DNA from: an uncultured Clostridia bacterium
Lineage (GTDB): Bacteria; Bacillota; Clostridia; Oscillospirales; Acutalibacteraceae
Direction: 5' to 3'
Assembly (NCBI GenBank): GCA_937888485.1
Contig: CALAQQ010000275.1
Coordinates: 1 to 32,000, forward strand
DNA length: 32,000 nt
Shown: positions 7,441-16,517 of the stretch, piece by piece
Position numbering within the stretch: the stretch's first letter is position 1
Layout: each line of letters begins with the position of its first letter
Notes under the pieces: model-generated
What the model was told of the DNA's origin: nothing
The model's database searches: none
The model's input: the letters and a program-made list of their open reading frames with translations, nothing else
Made by a program: the position numbers and the translations under genes

Positions 7441-8708
7441 CTAAAATATTCCCCATAAAAGGCAGGATTGGCAAATGTATCAACTATGTAATGAATCCCG
7501 AAAAGACAGTTGAAGCTGACGGGTGGAGTTATGTTGACGGCATCAACGTAACTCCCGAAACAGCTGAGAAAAATATGATGTCCGTAAAACGTCGCTACGA
7601 TAAGGAGGACGGGATAATGGCTTATCACGTAATTCAGTCTTTTGCACCCGGTGAGGTTACACCCGAAGTCGCACACGAAATCGGAATGAAGCTTGCCGAG
7701 AGAATGTGGGGCGAGAGGTTTGAAGTTGTTGTTTCAACTCACCTTGACCACGAGCATATCCACAACCACTTTGTTTTTAACTCCGTATCGTTTGTTGACG
7801 GGAAGAAGTATAACGACAATAAACGGAATCTTTACAGATTGCGTGAGGTATCCGATGAACTTTGCAAGGAATACAAACTGTCGGTTGTTATGAATCCGAA
7901 AAAGTCAAGAGGTATTCCGTATAACGAGTATATGAACGAAAAGAATATGAAGCTTACAAAGAATGCGATTATCAAAACCGAGATTGACGAAACGATACTC
8001 ACATCAATAAGCCGAAAGGACTTTTTCAATCAGATGAAAAAGAAGGGATACACCTTTAATTTCACAAGCCGATACTCAACGGTTTATCACCCTGCGTTCA
8101 AAAGACCGACAAGGCTTCTGACTCTCGGTGATGACTATGTTCCCGTGAATCTGATAAAACGCATTGACGAAAGCTGGCGCAGATACCCTGTTAATCTTCC
8201 GCCGCAGGATAACCTCTACAGAATGTATATCGGTGACGAGCCGACAGTCGGTTATGCACAGACCTATGTGCGGTTTATAACCATTGTTGAAGCGGTGAGG
8301 AAAAGACCGGATAACAACAGAGTTGCGGTTAAATACCTTGCCGATGAAATACGCAAGCTTAACAGGCTCGTTGAACAGCAAAACCTTTTGTGCGGTAACG
8401 ATATTGAAACCCCAGAACAGCTTGAAGCCTACAAGCAAGGCTGTAAGGATGAGATTGCAGAGTTAAGTGAGGCGAGAAATATTCTGCGAAGCAAGCTGAA
8501 AACTGCTCAGAACCACGGTGATGAAAATGAAGAGCGAGAGCTGAAAGGGTATATTTCAGATCTTACCGGAAGGATGAAAATACTGAGAAAAAATATTACC
8601 GTTTGCGAAAGGATTGAACAGAAGAAGCCTGAAATCGACGAGAAGCTTCAGGACATCAAAGAAATTTACCAACCAACCAGAAATAAAAATTATGAAAGGA
8701 GCCGTTAA
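7431..8708 (+). CDS. Relaxase / mobilisation nuclease (MobA/VirD2-type domain)
   Basis: It has the N-terminus MAVTKIFPIKG...INYVMNPEKT, the histidine triad THLDHEHIHNHFVFNSV, and a coiled-coil C-terminus. It overlaps the mobC stop by 10 nt. Confidence 0.85.
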   Translation: MAVTKIFPIKGRIGKCINYVMNPEKTVEADGWSYVDGINVTPETAEKNMMSVKRRYDKEDGIMAYHVIQSFAPGEVTPEVAHEIGMKLAERMWGERFEVVVSTHLDHEHIHNHFVFNSVSFVDGKKYNDNKRNLYRLREVSDELCKEYKLSVVMNPKKSRGIPYNEYMNEKNMKLTKNAIIKTEIDETILTSISRKDFFNQMKKKGYTFNFTSRYSTVYHPAFKRPTRLLTLGDDYVPVNLIKRIDESWRRYPVNLPPQDNLYRMYIGDEPTVGYAQTYVRFITIVEAVRKRPDNNRVAVKYLADEIRKLNRLVEQQNLLCGNDIETPEQLEAYKQGCKDEIAELSEARNILRSKLKTAQNHGDENEERELKGYISDLTGRMKILRKNITVCERIEQKKPEIDEKLQDIKEIYQPTRNKNYERSR

Positions 8709-8709
8709 T

Positions 8710-9570
8710 ATGGCAAACAGAAAATTAAAATCTGCGGTTAACATACCGCTTGAAAAAATCCGTCCCTTTGAGGGACACCCCTACAAGGTTATTGATAACG
8801 AGGAGATGAACACCCTGATTGAAAGCATACAGGAGCAGGGCATTCTCTCACCGCTTATCGTAAGACCGCTTGAAAATACAGAGGATGAATACGAGCTTAT
8901 CTCGGGACACCGCAGACTGAGGGCAGCACAGAAGGCAGGGGCAAAAAATGTTCCTGTCTTTATTTATGCCGTCAGCCGTGATGAAGCCGCAATAATGCTC
9001 GTGGACAGCAACCTGCACAGAGAACATATCTTGCCTTCTGAAAAAGCTTTTGCTTATAAGCTTAAGTTGGAGGCTCTTAAACATCAAGGTAAAACTTCGT
9101 GCCAACTTGGCACGAAGTTGAGAACAGATGAAGAAATAGCAGAAGACACAAACGATAGTGCAAGACAAGTACAGCGCTATATCCGTCTGACATATCTCAT
9201 CCCCGAGCTGCTTGACCTTGTTGACGAGGGCAGAATTGCTCTCACTCCTGCAGTTGAGCTGTCTTACCTTACCGAAGAACAGCAGTATTCTCTGCTTGGA
9301 ACGATTGAGGTCGAGGACAGAACACCGTCACTTTCGCAGGCAGTCCGCTTCAAAAAGCTCAGTCAGGCAGGTCAGCTGACCGATGAACTCATCGACTCGA
9401 TAATGCAGGAAGAAAAGGCAAATCAGCGTGAAATGTTCCGCATGCCGATGGAACGTTTGCAGAAAGCATTGCCCGATTTGAAGCCGAGTCAGGTTGAGGA
9501 TTTCATCATCAAAGCCATTGTTTACTATCAGAAACACTTGAACAGAGGAAAGGACAAGGGTGCGAGATAA
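8710..9570 (+). CDS. ParB/Srx N-terminal domain protein (ParB-like nuclease/partition family)
   Basis: IPLEKIRPFEGHPYKV and LISGHRRLRAAQKAG (the GxRRxxA arginine box). The start is ATG 8710, with AAAGGAG 8 nt upstream. The track start at 8614 overlaps the relaxase and is unsupported. Confidence 0.8.
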   Translation: MANRKLKSAVNIPLEKIRPFEGHPYKVIDNEEMNTLIESIQEQGILSPLIVRPLENTEDEYELISGHRRLRAAQKAGAKNVPVFIYAVSRDEAAIMLVDSNLHREHILPSEKAFAYKLKLEALKHQGKTSCQLGTKLRTDEEIAEDTNDSARQVQRYIRLTYLIPELLDLVDEGRIALTPAVELSYLTEEQQYSLLGTIEVEDRTPSLSQAVRFKKLSQAGQLTDELIDSIMQEEKANQREMFRMPMERLQKALPDLKPSQVEDFIIKAIVYYQKHLNRGKDKGAR

Positions 9571-9597
9571 TCCGCACATTTGTAAAGGAGGTTTGTA

Positions 9598-9798
9598 ATG
9601 AGTAATATTGATATAAATAAAATAAGCGATGACCCCGAATACTGTTTTGCGGCTTTGAAGCTCATTGAGCAGTTATTCAGGGACGGCAAAATACCGGAAT
9701 ATATGTTTCACAATATTCTGAAAGACTATGCGGATATTGTGGACGAAAGCAAGTTCATCAAAGGAAATCACAATCAGACAAAGGAGGACACAATATGA
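9598..9798 (+). CDS. Hypothetical 66 aa protein translationally coupled to the serine recombinase
   Basis: AGGAGG lies 7 nt upstream of ATG 9598, and its stop overlaps the recombinase ATG (ATGA at 9795..9798). I recognise no family. Confidence 0.5.
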   Translation: MSNIDINKISDDPEYCFAALKLIEQLFRDGKIPEYMFHNILKDYADIVDESKFIKGNHNQTKEDTI

Positions 9799-11534
9799 TA
9801 AATTCAGATTTCGGAAAGCGACGGGTAGTAATCTATGCCCGAGTTTCCACAGACCACAAAGAGCAGCTGTCGGCGCTTGAAAATCAGCTGGATTGGTATG
9901 AGCCGATTCTCAAGGCAAGACCCGAATGGGAGCTCGTTGACAGGTATATTGACGAGGGTATCACGGGCACATCCGCCGAGAAAAGACCGCAGTTTATGAA
10001 AATGATAAGGGATGCCAAGAAAAAGAAGTTCGATTTGATTATCACCCGTGAGGTTTCCCGTTTTGCCCGTAACACGGTTGACACCCTGCAGTACACCCGT
10101 GAACTTAAGGCGATGGGCGTTGAGGTTTTCTTCATAAACGATAACATCAAAACCTTTGACGGTGACGGCGAATTGCGACTGACGATTATGGCAACCCTTG
10201 CGCAGGACGAAAGCCGAAAAACATCGGTGAGAGTTAAAAGCGGTCAGCAGACATCAATGGAGAACGGTGTGTTCTACGGCAACGGCACCATTCTCGGCTA
10301 CAGGCGAGTTGAAAAACTGCTTGAAAACAACAAAAAGCACGTGGACTTTTTCATCGACCCCGTGCAGGCTGAAACGGTAAAGCTGATTTATGAAATGTAT
10401 CTTGAAGGTCACGGACTTATGCAGATAAAGAATGAGCTTGAACGCAGAGGCTACAAAACCGCAACGGGTAAAAGCAGGTGGTATGAAACGGTCATATCCA
10501 ACGTTCTGAAAAACTCGTTTTACTGCGGTATCATCACCTACCACAAGGAATATACGCCCGATTACCTGACACAGAAAAAGGTCAAAAACTACGGTGAAAT
10601 CGACCTTGTGCAGGTCAAGGGCAGACACGAGCCGATTGTATCGGTAGAAGATTACGAAAGGGTGCGAGCAATTATGGCAAGCAAAACAGCTCAATGCAAA
10701 ATGAACGCAAAGAAAAGAAGTCTGATGATTGGCAGAAGACCGAGAACTACCGTATGGGGTAAGCTGCTCATCTGCGAATGCGGTCACAAGTTCAACACAA
10801 GGAACTGGTACAGAACGGCAACACAGTCAAACATCGGTTATCAGTGCTACGATTCCGTGCGGACAGGCTCTTATGAAAGCAGAAAAAGGAAGGGGTTGCC
10901 GCTTGAGGGTATCTGCCGTACCCCGATGATACCCGAATGGAAGCTGCAGTTGATGGCAAACCACATCTTCCGCAACTATCTTATGCAAAGGGACAAGGTG
11001 CTGGCGCTTGCCAACTCGATGCTCGAAGCTCACATCGGCGACACGGGTGAAACAGTCGATTACGAAGAGATTATTGAGCAGAAGAAACGGCAGCTCGCAA
11101 AGCACAACCGAAAGCTCGACAACTATATCGAAATGAGGGCGGAGGGTGATATTGACAAGGACTCGTTCACCCAAAAAACATCGGAGCTCAGAGCCGAAAT
11201 AAGAAAGCTGAGTGACGAGATTGAAGCACTTGAAGATAAGCAGAACGACGAGCCTGAAATTGTGGACTACAAAGAAAAGCTGACGGTGCTTCAATATGCC
11301 CTTGTGCAGTACACAAATCCCGATGAAAACGACATACCCGAAAGCATAATTGAAGCCTTTGTTGAGAAGATTGTTGCAAAGAAAGACGGCTTTGATTGGT
11401 ACCTGAGATTTGACGGCGACCCGAACGATCCGCTTCACCTGAAAACCGAGGGCAGAAGGCGCCAAAACAGCTCTGTATCAACGGTTGGGGGACACCTCCC
11501 AACCACTCCTTTCGGAGACGCAGGCAGCTATTAA
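9795..11534 (+). CDS. Large serine recombinase (resolvase/invertase catalytic domain, recombinase domain, zinc ribbon, coiled coil)
   Basis: VVIYARVSTDHKEQLSALENQ contains the catalytic Ser. Also present are DLIITREVSRFARNT, LAQDESRKTSVRVKSG, the Cys-rich segment CECGHKF...YQCYD...GICRTP, and a long coiled-coil region. Confidence 0.92.
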   Translation: MINSDFGKRRVVIYARVSTDHKEQLSALENQLDWYEPILKARPEWELVDRYIDEGITGTSAEKRPQFMKMIRDAKKKKFDLIITREVSRFARNTVDTLQYTRELKAMGVEVFFINDNIKTFDGDGELRLTIMATLAQDESRKTSVRVKSGQQTSMENGVFYGNGTILGYRRVEKLLENNKKHVDFFIDPVQAETVKLIYEMYLEGHGLMQIKNELERRGYKTATGKSRWYETVISNVLKNSFYCGIITYHKEYTPDYLTQKKVKNYGEIDLVQVKGRHEPIVSVEDYERVRAIMASKTAQCKMNAKKRSLMIGRRPRTTVWGKLLICECGHKFNTRNWYRTATQSNIGYQCYDSVRTGSYESRKRKGLPLEGICRTPMIPEWKLQLMANHIFRNYLMQRDKVLALANSMLEAHIGDTGETVDYEEIIEQKKRQLAKHNRKLDNYIEMRAEGDIDKDSFTQKTSELRAEIRKLSDEIEALEDKQNDEPEIVDYKEKLTVLQYALVQYTNPDENDIPESIIEAFVEKIVAKKDGFDWYLRFDGDPNDPLHLKTEGRRRQNSSVSTVGGHLPTTPFGDAGSY

Positions 11535-11581
11535 GGATATGTAATCTTTTAGTATAATTTTATATATTGAGTTATAAACCG

Positions 11582-11616
11582 ACTCCCTCTGCTATGAAAC
11601 GGCAGAGGGAGTTTAT
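11582..11616 (+). terminator. Hairpin terminator after the recombinase gene
   Basis: ACTCCCTCTGC-tatgaaacg-GCAGAGGGAGT followed by TTATGTTT, a weak U-tract. Confidence 0.5.
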
Positions 11617-11621
11617 GTTTC

Positions 11622-11650
11622 TTGACTTTGAGTGTACCTTATTTTATAAT
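11622..11650 (+). promoter_or_regulatory. Near-consensus sigma-A promoter TTGACT-17 nt-TATAAT
   Basis: TTGACT at 11622..11627 and TATAAT at 11645..11650, with a spacer of exactly 17 nt. It drives the membrane-protein gene at 11734. Confidence 0.6.
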
Positions 11651-11733
11651 AAAAATAAAGATAAAATTTGGTGAATATCTATGTTAATTGATTTTCAGAG
11701 TGATTTGTTTCACGCATTTTCAGGATGTGCATT

Positions 11734-12417
11734 ATGAAGAAGAGAACTTTTTATACGGAAATTTCATATGTTTTGGGACTTATAATTATGGCTTTTGGCA
11801 CTGCATTTACAGAAAAGGCTGACTTTGGCATGTCGATGGTGGTAGCGCCCGCATATATAATACATTTGAAAGTGTCGGAGTTTCTGCCGTGGTTTACATT
11901 TGGCGTGTCTGAATATATGTTTCAAGGCTTTTTGATACTTTTAACCATCGTGGTTGTGAGAAAATTCAAACTGTCCTATTTGTTTTCTTTTGTAACGGCA
12001 GTGATTTACGGAACACTGCTTGACGGTGCAATGGTGCTGATTTCATCTTTACCCGAAAATACAATTGTGCTCAGAATAATATGGTATATTCTCGGCATTT
12101 TATTATGCACATTTGCGGTTTCTCTTTTCTTTCACACCTATATTTCTCCCGAAGCCTATGAGCTGATTGTGAAAGAGATTGCATCAGAATTCAAACTCAA
12201 CATAAACAAGGTGAAAACAGTCTATGATTATACAAGTGTTGTGCTTGGAATTATAATGTCTTTTGCGTTTTTCGGCTTTGGTGTATTCAGAGGCATAGAC
12301 ATCGGTACAATACTCTGCGCAATTGTCAACGGATTTTTAATCGGCAGATTTTCAAAGCTTCTCGAAAAGCACTTCGAATTCAAAAACAAATTCAGAATTC
12401 AGAAGTATTTTGAATAA
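11734..12417 (+). CDS. Polytopic membrane protein (about 6 TM), resembles the YczE/YitT-type small membrane protein family
   Basis: 227 aa and highly hydrophobic, with regularly spaced TM segments. The preferred start is ATG 11734 (AGGA 8 nt upstream) over 11725. The family assignment is from memory only. Confidence 0.6.
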   Translation: MKKRTFYTEISYVLGLIIMAFGTAFTEKADFGMSMVVAPAYIIHLKVSEFLPWFTFGVSEYMFQGFLILLTIVVVRKFKLSYLFSFVTAVIYGTLLDGAMVLISSLPENTIVLRIIWYILGILLCTFAVSLFFHTYISPEAYELIVKEIASEFKLNINKVKTVYDYTSVVLGIIMSFAFFGFGVFRGIDIGTILCAIVNGFLIGRFSKLLEKHFEFKNKFRIQKYFE

Positions 12418-12437
12418 CTATTATAAATTATCTGAAA

Positions 12438-12470
12438 ACTCCCTCTGTCAGAAAGGCAGAGGGAGTTTTG
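12438..12470. terminator. Bidirectional terminator between convergent genes
   Basis: ACTCCCTCTG-tcagaaagg-CAGAGGGAGT, flanked by AAAA on the left and TTTT on the right. Confidence 0.7.
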
Positions 12471-12483
12471 CGGTTTATATGAT

Positions 12484-14415
12484 TTATGATGAAATCTGAA
12501 CTTTGAATAATGTTTTGTTTTTCGAAACAAGCAGCCTTCCGAAGAGCAGGTTGCTGAAATTATTGACGGTTATTTCCCGAGGGGGAACAACGGGATATTC
12601 TGCGTTGTATGAATTGGAATTGTGTTTCGGATTGACCTTGGTGAAAAGATAGTTATTTCCGATTCTGTGAACATAGAAGCCGTCGATTTCTATTCTTTGA
12701 GGCAGATAGCAGGTATAACCGAAATCGTGATCCTCTGAATTTTCCGCATCGATAATATGACTTGAAATACCTGTGGGATAAAATTTACAGTTGCGGATAA
12801 TTAGCTCGCCGTTCCAGGTTGAGCCGTAATCTGAACGAAGGGCAATAAAGCTGTCGGATAAAACCGTAGTATTCTCAATCAAAGCCGTTCCGCTTCCTAT
12901 CAGCTTTATTCCGTGATGACCGAGAACGGAGTTTTTAACCGTTGCGTTGAGGACACCCTGATGTGCATCGAAGCGTGAAAGCGCACAGCCGTCATAAACC
13001 AGATTTTTGCAATAGTTCGTACCTGCAATTCCCCAATAATCGTTATCGGTTATATTGTTTGTCTGGTTGCAATTAATGAACTTTGCATTGACTGCGGTTG
13101 CGGCGCCTATATCATAAGTGCCCATTGCAACCGATGTTCCTGCAGAGCCTGTTGTGGAATACTTTTTATGACCTGTAAATGTGCAGTTTTTGACCGTCAC
13201 ATAAGCACAGCACGAAAGGCTGACAAAAGCCGAATAAGGTGCTCCTGTTTTACCCTCGTTTTTAATGTCATGGTATATTCCGTCTATAACGGTGTTTGAA
13301 CGTCTGACCTGAATTCCTCTTGCATAATAGGTGTATTCGGAAGCGGCATTGTTTGCAAGAGTCGTGAATCTTCCGCCTTTTACGGTTAATATTCCGGTGT
13401 CAATAGGATAAGCCGTGGCAGAGGTTACTGAATCAAAATCCCAGATAAGCGGAGTATCTGCTGAAATGTTTCCGTTTTCGTCAACGAGAATGACATCTGT
13501 CTGATTGCTGCCCGAATTCTGATTTGCACCCTTGCGGATATATCGCTTGACATTTGAATCCGTAAGAACGACAAGACTTTTTCCGTCAAGTGATGTGCCT
13601 ATGCTTTTTGCATCGGATTTAAGAGGAGTAACCTTATCGGTAATATTCATACTGTTCTGTGACGGGGAAACATTGAATATCCAGGCACTTCTGTTTTCAA
13701 CCTGAGTGTCGTCAATTACAAAGCGTGCGGTTGACCAGTCGGTATCGGTCATAATGCAAGCGGTTTTGTTTGCACCGCCGATATAATATGTTGCGGTTTC
13801 GTTCGCAAAGACGCTTAAACCGTTTGCGTTTGCATATTCGTGGGTTTTTACGATAGCTTCAAGGTCATCTGTTTTGCCGTCACCCACAGCTCCGAAATTC
13901 TCATATGTAACATAATCAGTGAAAGTTTTGTTAAACTCATAACCGTCTGTAAAGTCATAACTGCCACTTGAATTCAGCAGAACTTCATCGGTAAAAGCGG
14001 TTATTCCTCTTGAAATTCCTGTTTTTGAACTGCCCGTAATACAGACATTACCGTTTTCAACCTTAAGACTGAAGCTGTCTGTATCATTCAGAGCTTCGTT
14101 AATTACAAAAGCATTTCGGACATCGGTTTTGGATACGGTAATCTTTTTGCCGCAAGCTTTATAAAACTCATCGCAAAGAGTTTCGGCGGCATTGGAGTAC
14201 AGAGTATCGTTTTCACAGTCAGGAATAACAACGGAGTATTCACCGATAGAAACGCCGTTTACCGTTATCCCGTCAAGCTCTCTTACAATATACGGGCTTT
14301 CATAGTTACCCTTTGCAAGCTCATTTTTAAGCTCAATTTCAGAGAAAAGCTGCGAAAACGGAGCTGAGAAAGCTGAAATAACGGACATTATTACCGCAAC
14401 TATTTTTGAAAACAT
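12484..14415 (-). CDS. Secreted or anchored right-handed beta-helix protein (pectate-lyase-superfamily / GH28-GH55-like fold)
   Basis: There is an N-terminal hydrophobic segment, MFSKIVAVIMSVISAFSA. The motif YENFGAVGDGKTDDLEAIVKTHEYA is typical of the Pectate_lyase_3 domain. It is followed by repetitive N/G/T-rich beta-helix-like sequence. Confidence 0.7.
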   Translation of the reverse strand: MFSKIVAVIMSVISAFSAPFSQLFSEIELKNELAKGNYESPYIVRELDGITVNGVSIGEYSVVIPDCENDTLYSNAAETLCDEFYKACGKKITVSKTDVRNAFVINEALNDTDSFSLKVENGNVCITGSSKTGISRGITAFTDEVLLNSSGSYDFTDGYEFNKTFTDYVTYENFGAVGDGKTDDLEAIVKTHEYANANGLSVFANETATYYIGGANKTACIMTDTDWSTARFVIDDTQVENRSAWIFNVSPSQNSMNITDKVTPLKSDAKSIGTSLDGKSLVVLTDSNVKRYIRKGANQNSGSNQTDVILVDENGNISADTPLIWDFDSVTSATAYPIDTGILTVKGGRFTTLANNAASEYTYYARGIQVRRSNTVIDGIYHDIKNEGKTGAPYSAFVSLSCCAYVTVKNCTFTGHKKYSTTGSAGTSVAMGTYDIGAATAVNAKFINCNQTNNITDNDYWGIAGTNYCKNLVYDGCALSRFDAHQGVLNATVKNSVLGHHGIKLIGSGTALIENTTVLSDSFIALRSDYGSTWNGELIIRNCKFYPTGISSHIIDAENSEDHDFGYTCYLPQRIEIDGFYVHRIGNNYLFTKVNPKHNSNSYNAEYPVVPPREITVNNFSNLLFGRLLVSKNKTLFKVQISS

Positions 14416-14583
14416 TTTTCATCACCTTTAAATCTGACATTTTGGAAAGATATATTTTTATTATATCTTTCATGCCGAAGATTTGCAAGAGTGAGTATAG
14501 AAACACAGATGCGGTTTGTTTTAGGTTGAATAATCGGGGCATATATGGTAAAATAAGCTGATGATGAATGAGGGGGATTGAGA

Positions 14584-14985
14584 GTGGCAGGAATGGGAGC
14601 AATGCTTATCGGTATGATAACGGGCGGTATAGCCTGGATTTGCTTTATCATAACGACTCTTATATTGAGTGTTGTGATTTTTATCGATGCATATCGACAC
14701 AATATGAAGGCGGTTCTTTGGGCTGTAATGGCGATTCTTTTCAATTTTTACAGTCTGCCTGTTTATATATTTGTCAGAATAAAGATGGCAACCCTCAAAT
14801 GTGCTTCGTGCGGAACAAAAGTTGGTCAAAAAAAGAAATACTGTACCGTATGCGGTGCGGAAGTTCCAAATTTTGATGACGGAGCAATTGCCAAAAAGGT
14901 TATCAAGTATGTTATTATTGCTCTTGCGGCATTCGGCATTTTGGGCGGTGTTTATGTAGCGGTAGTAACAGAACTGAATCTCTGA
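14584..14985 (+). CDS. Small membrane protein with a central zinc ribbon (CASCG...CTVCG) and an N-terminal PLD-nuclease-N-like TM pair
   Basis: It has 3 to 4 TM segments. FIDAYRHNMKAVLWAVMAILFNFYSLPVYIFVR resembles the short PLDc_N membrane motif. The start is uncertain: GTG 14584 lies 7 nt after GGGGG, and the alternatives are TTG 14578 and ATG 14593. Confidence 0.55.
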   Translation: MAGMGAMLIGMITGGIAWICFIITTLILSVVIFIDAYRHNMKAVLWAVMAILFNFYSLPVYIFVRIKMATLKCASCGTKVGQKKKYCTVCGAEVPNFDDGAIAKKVIKYVIIALAAFGILGGVYVAVVTELNL

Positions 14986-15031
14986 AACCAGGTTACGGTG
15001 TGATGAATAACAGCATAAAAGGAAGGTATAT

Positions 15032-16426
15032 ATGAAAACAACCGAAAAAATTCTGAAAAATGAAAAGCGTGAGCTCGAAAGACTCGGAAAAATGCAGAAC
15101 AGAAGCTCAGGCAGCAGATATTTTCTGATTTTGCTTATACTTATTGCGATAGTCAATATCCTTGATGAGGTAACGAGCAATCTTACAGTTACGGTGCAGT
15201 CGTCATTTGTTACGGAATTCTTTGTGAATAATCCGTTCATGGGAAAGTATTATTCATATGAAGACGGTCTTGCTTTCCATTCGGGAATAGGCGTTTTCAC
15301 CTATGTTCTGGGATTGTTTACACCGTTTTATAAGGCGCTTGCCGATAAATGGGGCAGAAAACCGCTTTTTGCCATTTCAACTCTCGGCATGGCAACGGGT
15401 CTTCTTGTTATTCATCTTTCATCAAGCTACATAATGTTCCTTATCGGCTTTGCGATTATCAGCTTTTTTATGGGTCACGATATTCAGATTATCTATATTC
15501 TTGAAGAAGCTCCCGACAAACACCGCGCAAAGATTTACAGCTTCCTCAAGAGTTTCGGAATTCTCGGGGTTATCCTTATTCCGACCCTCCGAGATATCCT
15601 TATGGGTAATGATGCGACAAAATGGCGTGAAATCTTCCTCGTGCCTGCACTGATTGGTTTTGCGGCGGTTGTGCTTGTTGTTATTCTGGCGAAGGATACC
15701 AAGGTTTTCATCGGTGAAAGAATCGAATATCTTTCACGCCCCTACGAGGAGAGACAGGCTGAAAAAGCGCTGAAAAAACAGCAGAAGGTAGCTCAGAGGA
15801 ATCAGTCGGGCGTTTTTAACGGCGTGAAATATATTTTTGCGAATAAAGATACCAAGATGCTGATTATATCCCATATTATCTTTGATGCGGCAATGCCTGC
15901 TATTGCTCTTTATTTTGAATCGTCAATGCACCGTGCGGGAATGAGCACAAGCGATATAACAAAGGCTCTGTTTATGGTGCCTGTGATTTATGCGGCAATA
16001 ACCTTTCTTTCGGGATTTATTGCCGACAAGGCAGGAAGAAAAACAACGGTCACCCTCTTTTCGGCAACATGTGTTATCGGATATATTCTTTTTGTAGCAG
16101 GTATTCTGAACGGTTGGAATCCTTATCTTGTCGGTTCGTTTGCCGGACTTTATCAGGGCTCGTATTGGATTGGCAGAGACTATATGAATGTTATGATGAC
16201 CGAAAAAGTTCCGACGGATATCCGTGCATCGGTTGTGGGTGCAGAGGGCTTGCTGGTTATCATAGGTCTTGTTGTCGGATACGGAAGCATTATTGCCGGT
16301 ATGATGATAATGCCGATATGGTGGGCATGTCTTACAATTTCAATCCCGACTGTTACCGTTGCAGCAATTCTTTTTGTACTTAAGGTTAAGGAAACAAAGG
16401 GTGCAAACCTTGATGAAATTGGTTGA
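15032..16426 (+). CDS. MFS transporter
   Basis: 464 aa with about 12 TM segments. It has an MFS-type loop motif, ALADKWGRKPLF (the D-x-x-G-R-K/R signature between TM2 and TM3), and a second GFIADKAGRK. SD AAGGAAGG is present. Confidence 0.8.
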   Translation: MKTTEKILKNEKRELERLGKMQNRSSGSRYFLILLILIAIVNILDEVTSNLTVTVQSSFVTEFFVNNPFMGKYYSYEDGLAFHSGIGVFTYVLGLFTPFYKALADKWGRKPLFAISTLGMATGLLVIHLSSSYIMFLIGFAIISFFMGHDIQIIYILEEAPDKHRAKIYSFLKSFGILGVILIPTLRDILMGNDATKWREIFLVPALIGFAAVVLVVILAKDTKVFIGERIEYLSRPYEERQAEKALKKQQKVAQRNQSGVFNGVKYIFANKDTKMLIISHIIFDAAMPAIALYFESSMHRAGMSTSDITKALFMVPVIYAAITFLSGFIADKAGRKTTVTLFSATCVIGYILFVAGILNGWNPYLVGSFAGLYQGSYWIGRDYMNVMMTEKVPTDIRASVVGAEGLLVIIGLVVGYGSIIAGMMIMPIWWACLTISIPTVTVAAILFVLKVKETKGANLDEIG

Positions 16427-16460
16427 AAACAAACAAATTTTTTGCTTTATAACAAAAATC

Positions 16461-16488
16461 TTGCATTTCCCAAAAATATTGTTATAAT
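16461..16488 (+). promoter_or_regulatory. Promoter TTGCAT-16 nt-TGt-TATAAT
   Basis: TTGCAT at 16461..16466 and an extended -10, TGTTATAAT, at 16480..16488, about 30 nt upstream of ATG 16518. Confidence 0.55.
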
Positions 16489-16517
16489 TAATTTGACATA
16501 TGCAAGGAGGTAGCTAT

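Larger units (their letters stand above)
3457..11620. mobile_element. Integrative mobilizable element (~8 kb) with serine recombinase, MobC/relaxase, ParM/RHH, ParB-like protein and cargo genes; boundaries approximate
   Basis: The gene content is listed under the individual features. The left limit is inferred from the loss of nifS homology (~3460) and the aberrant 3' end of the XRE gene (~3538). The right limit is inferred from the recombinase stop (11534) and the hairpin at 11582..11612, followed by a strong host-type promoter. No att sites could be defined by eye. Confidence 0.6.

Noticed and set aside
8614-8709. Upstream extension of the ParB-like gene
   Set aside because: It overlaps the relaxase C-terminus in another frame. 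ATG 8710 has a strong SD, and the family N-terminus starts there.
10254-11502. Minus-strand ORFs 10254..10787, 10827..11465 and 11188..11502
   Set aside because: All are antisense to the serine recombinase. They are long because of the purine-rich coiled-coil coding sequence.
2749-11620. Sporulation-type intervening element that excises to restore nifS (skin-like)
   Set aside because: No 3' nifS fragment follows the recombinase or appears anywhere in the window, so excision could not rebuild the gene.
14339-15240. Minus-strand ORFs 14339..14602, 14400..14744 and 14521..15240, and plus-strand ORF 14568..14876
   Set aside because: They overlap the intergenic region, the zinc-ribbon membrane protein gene and the MFS start. 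They have no SD and implausible composition.
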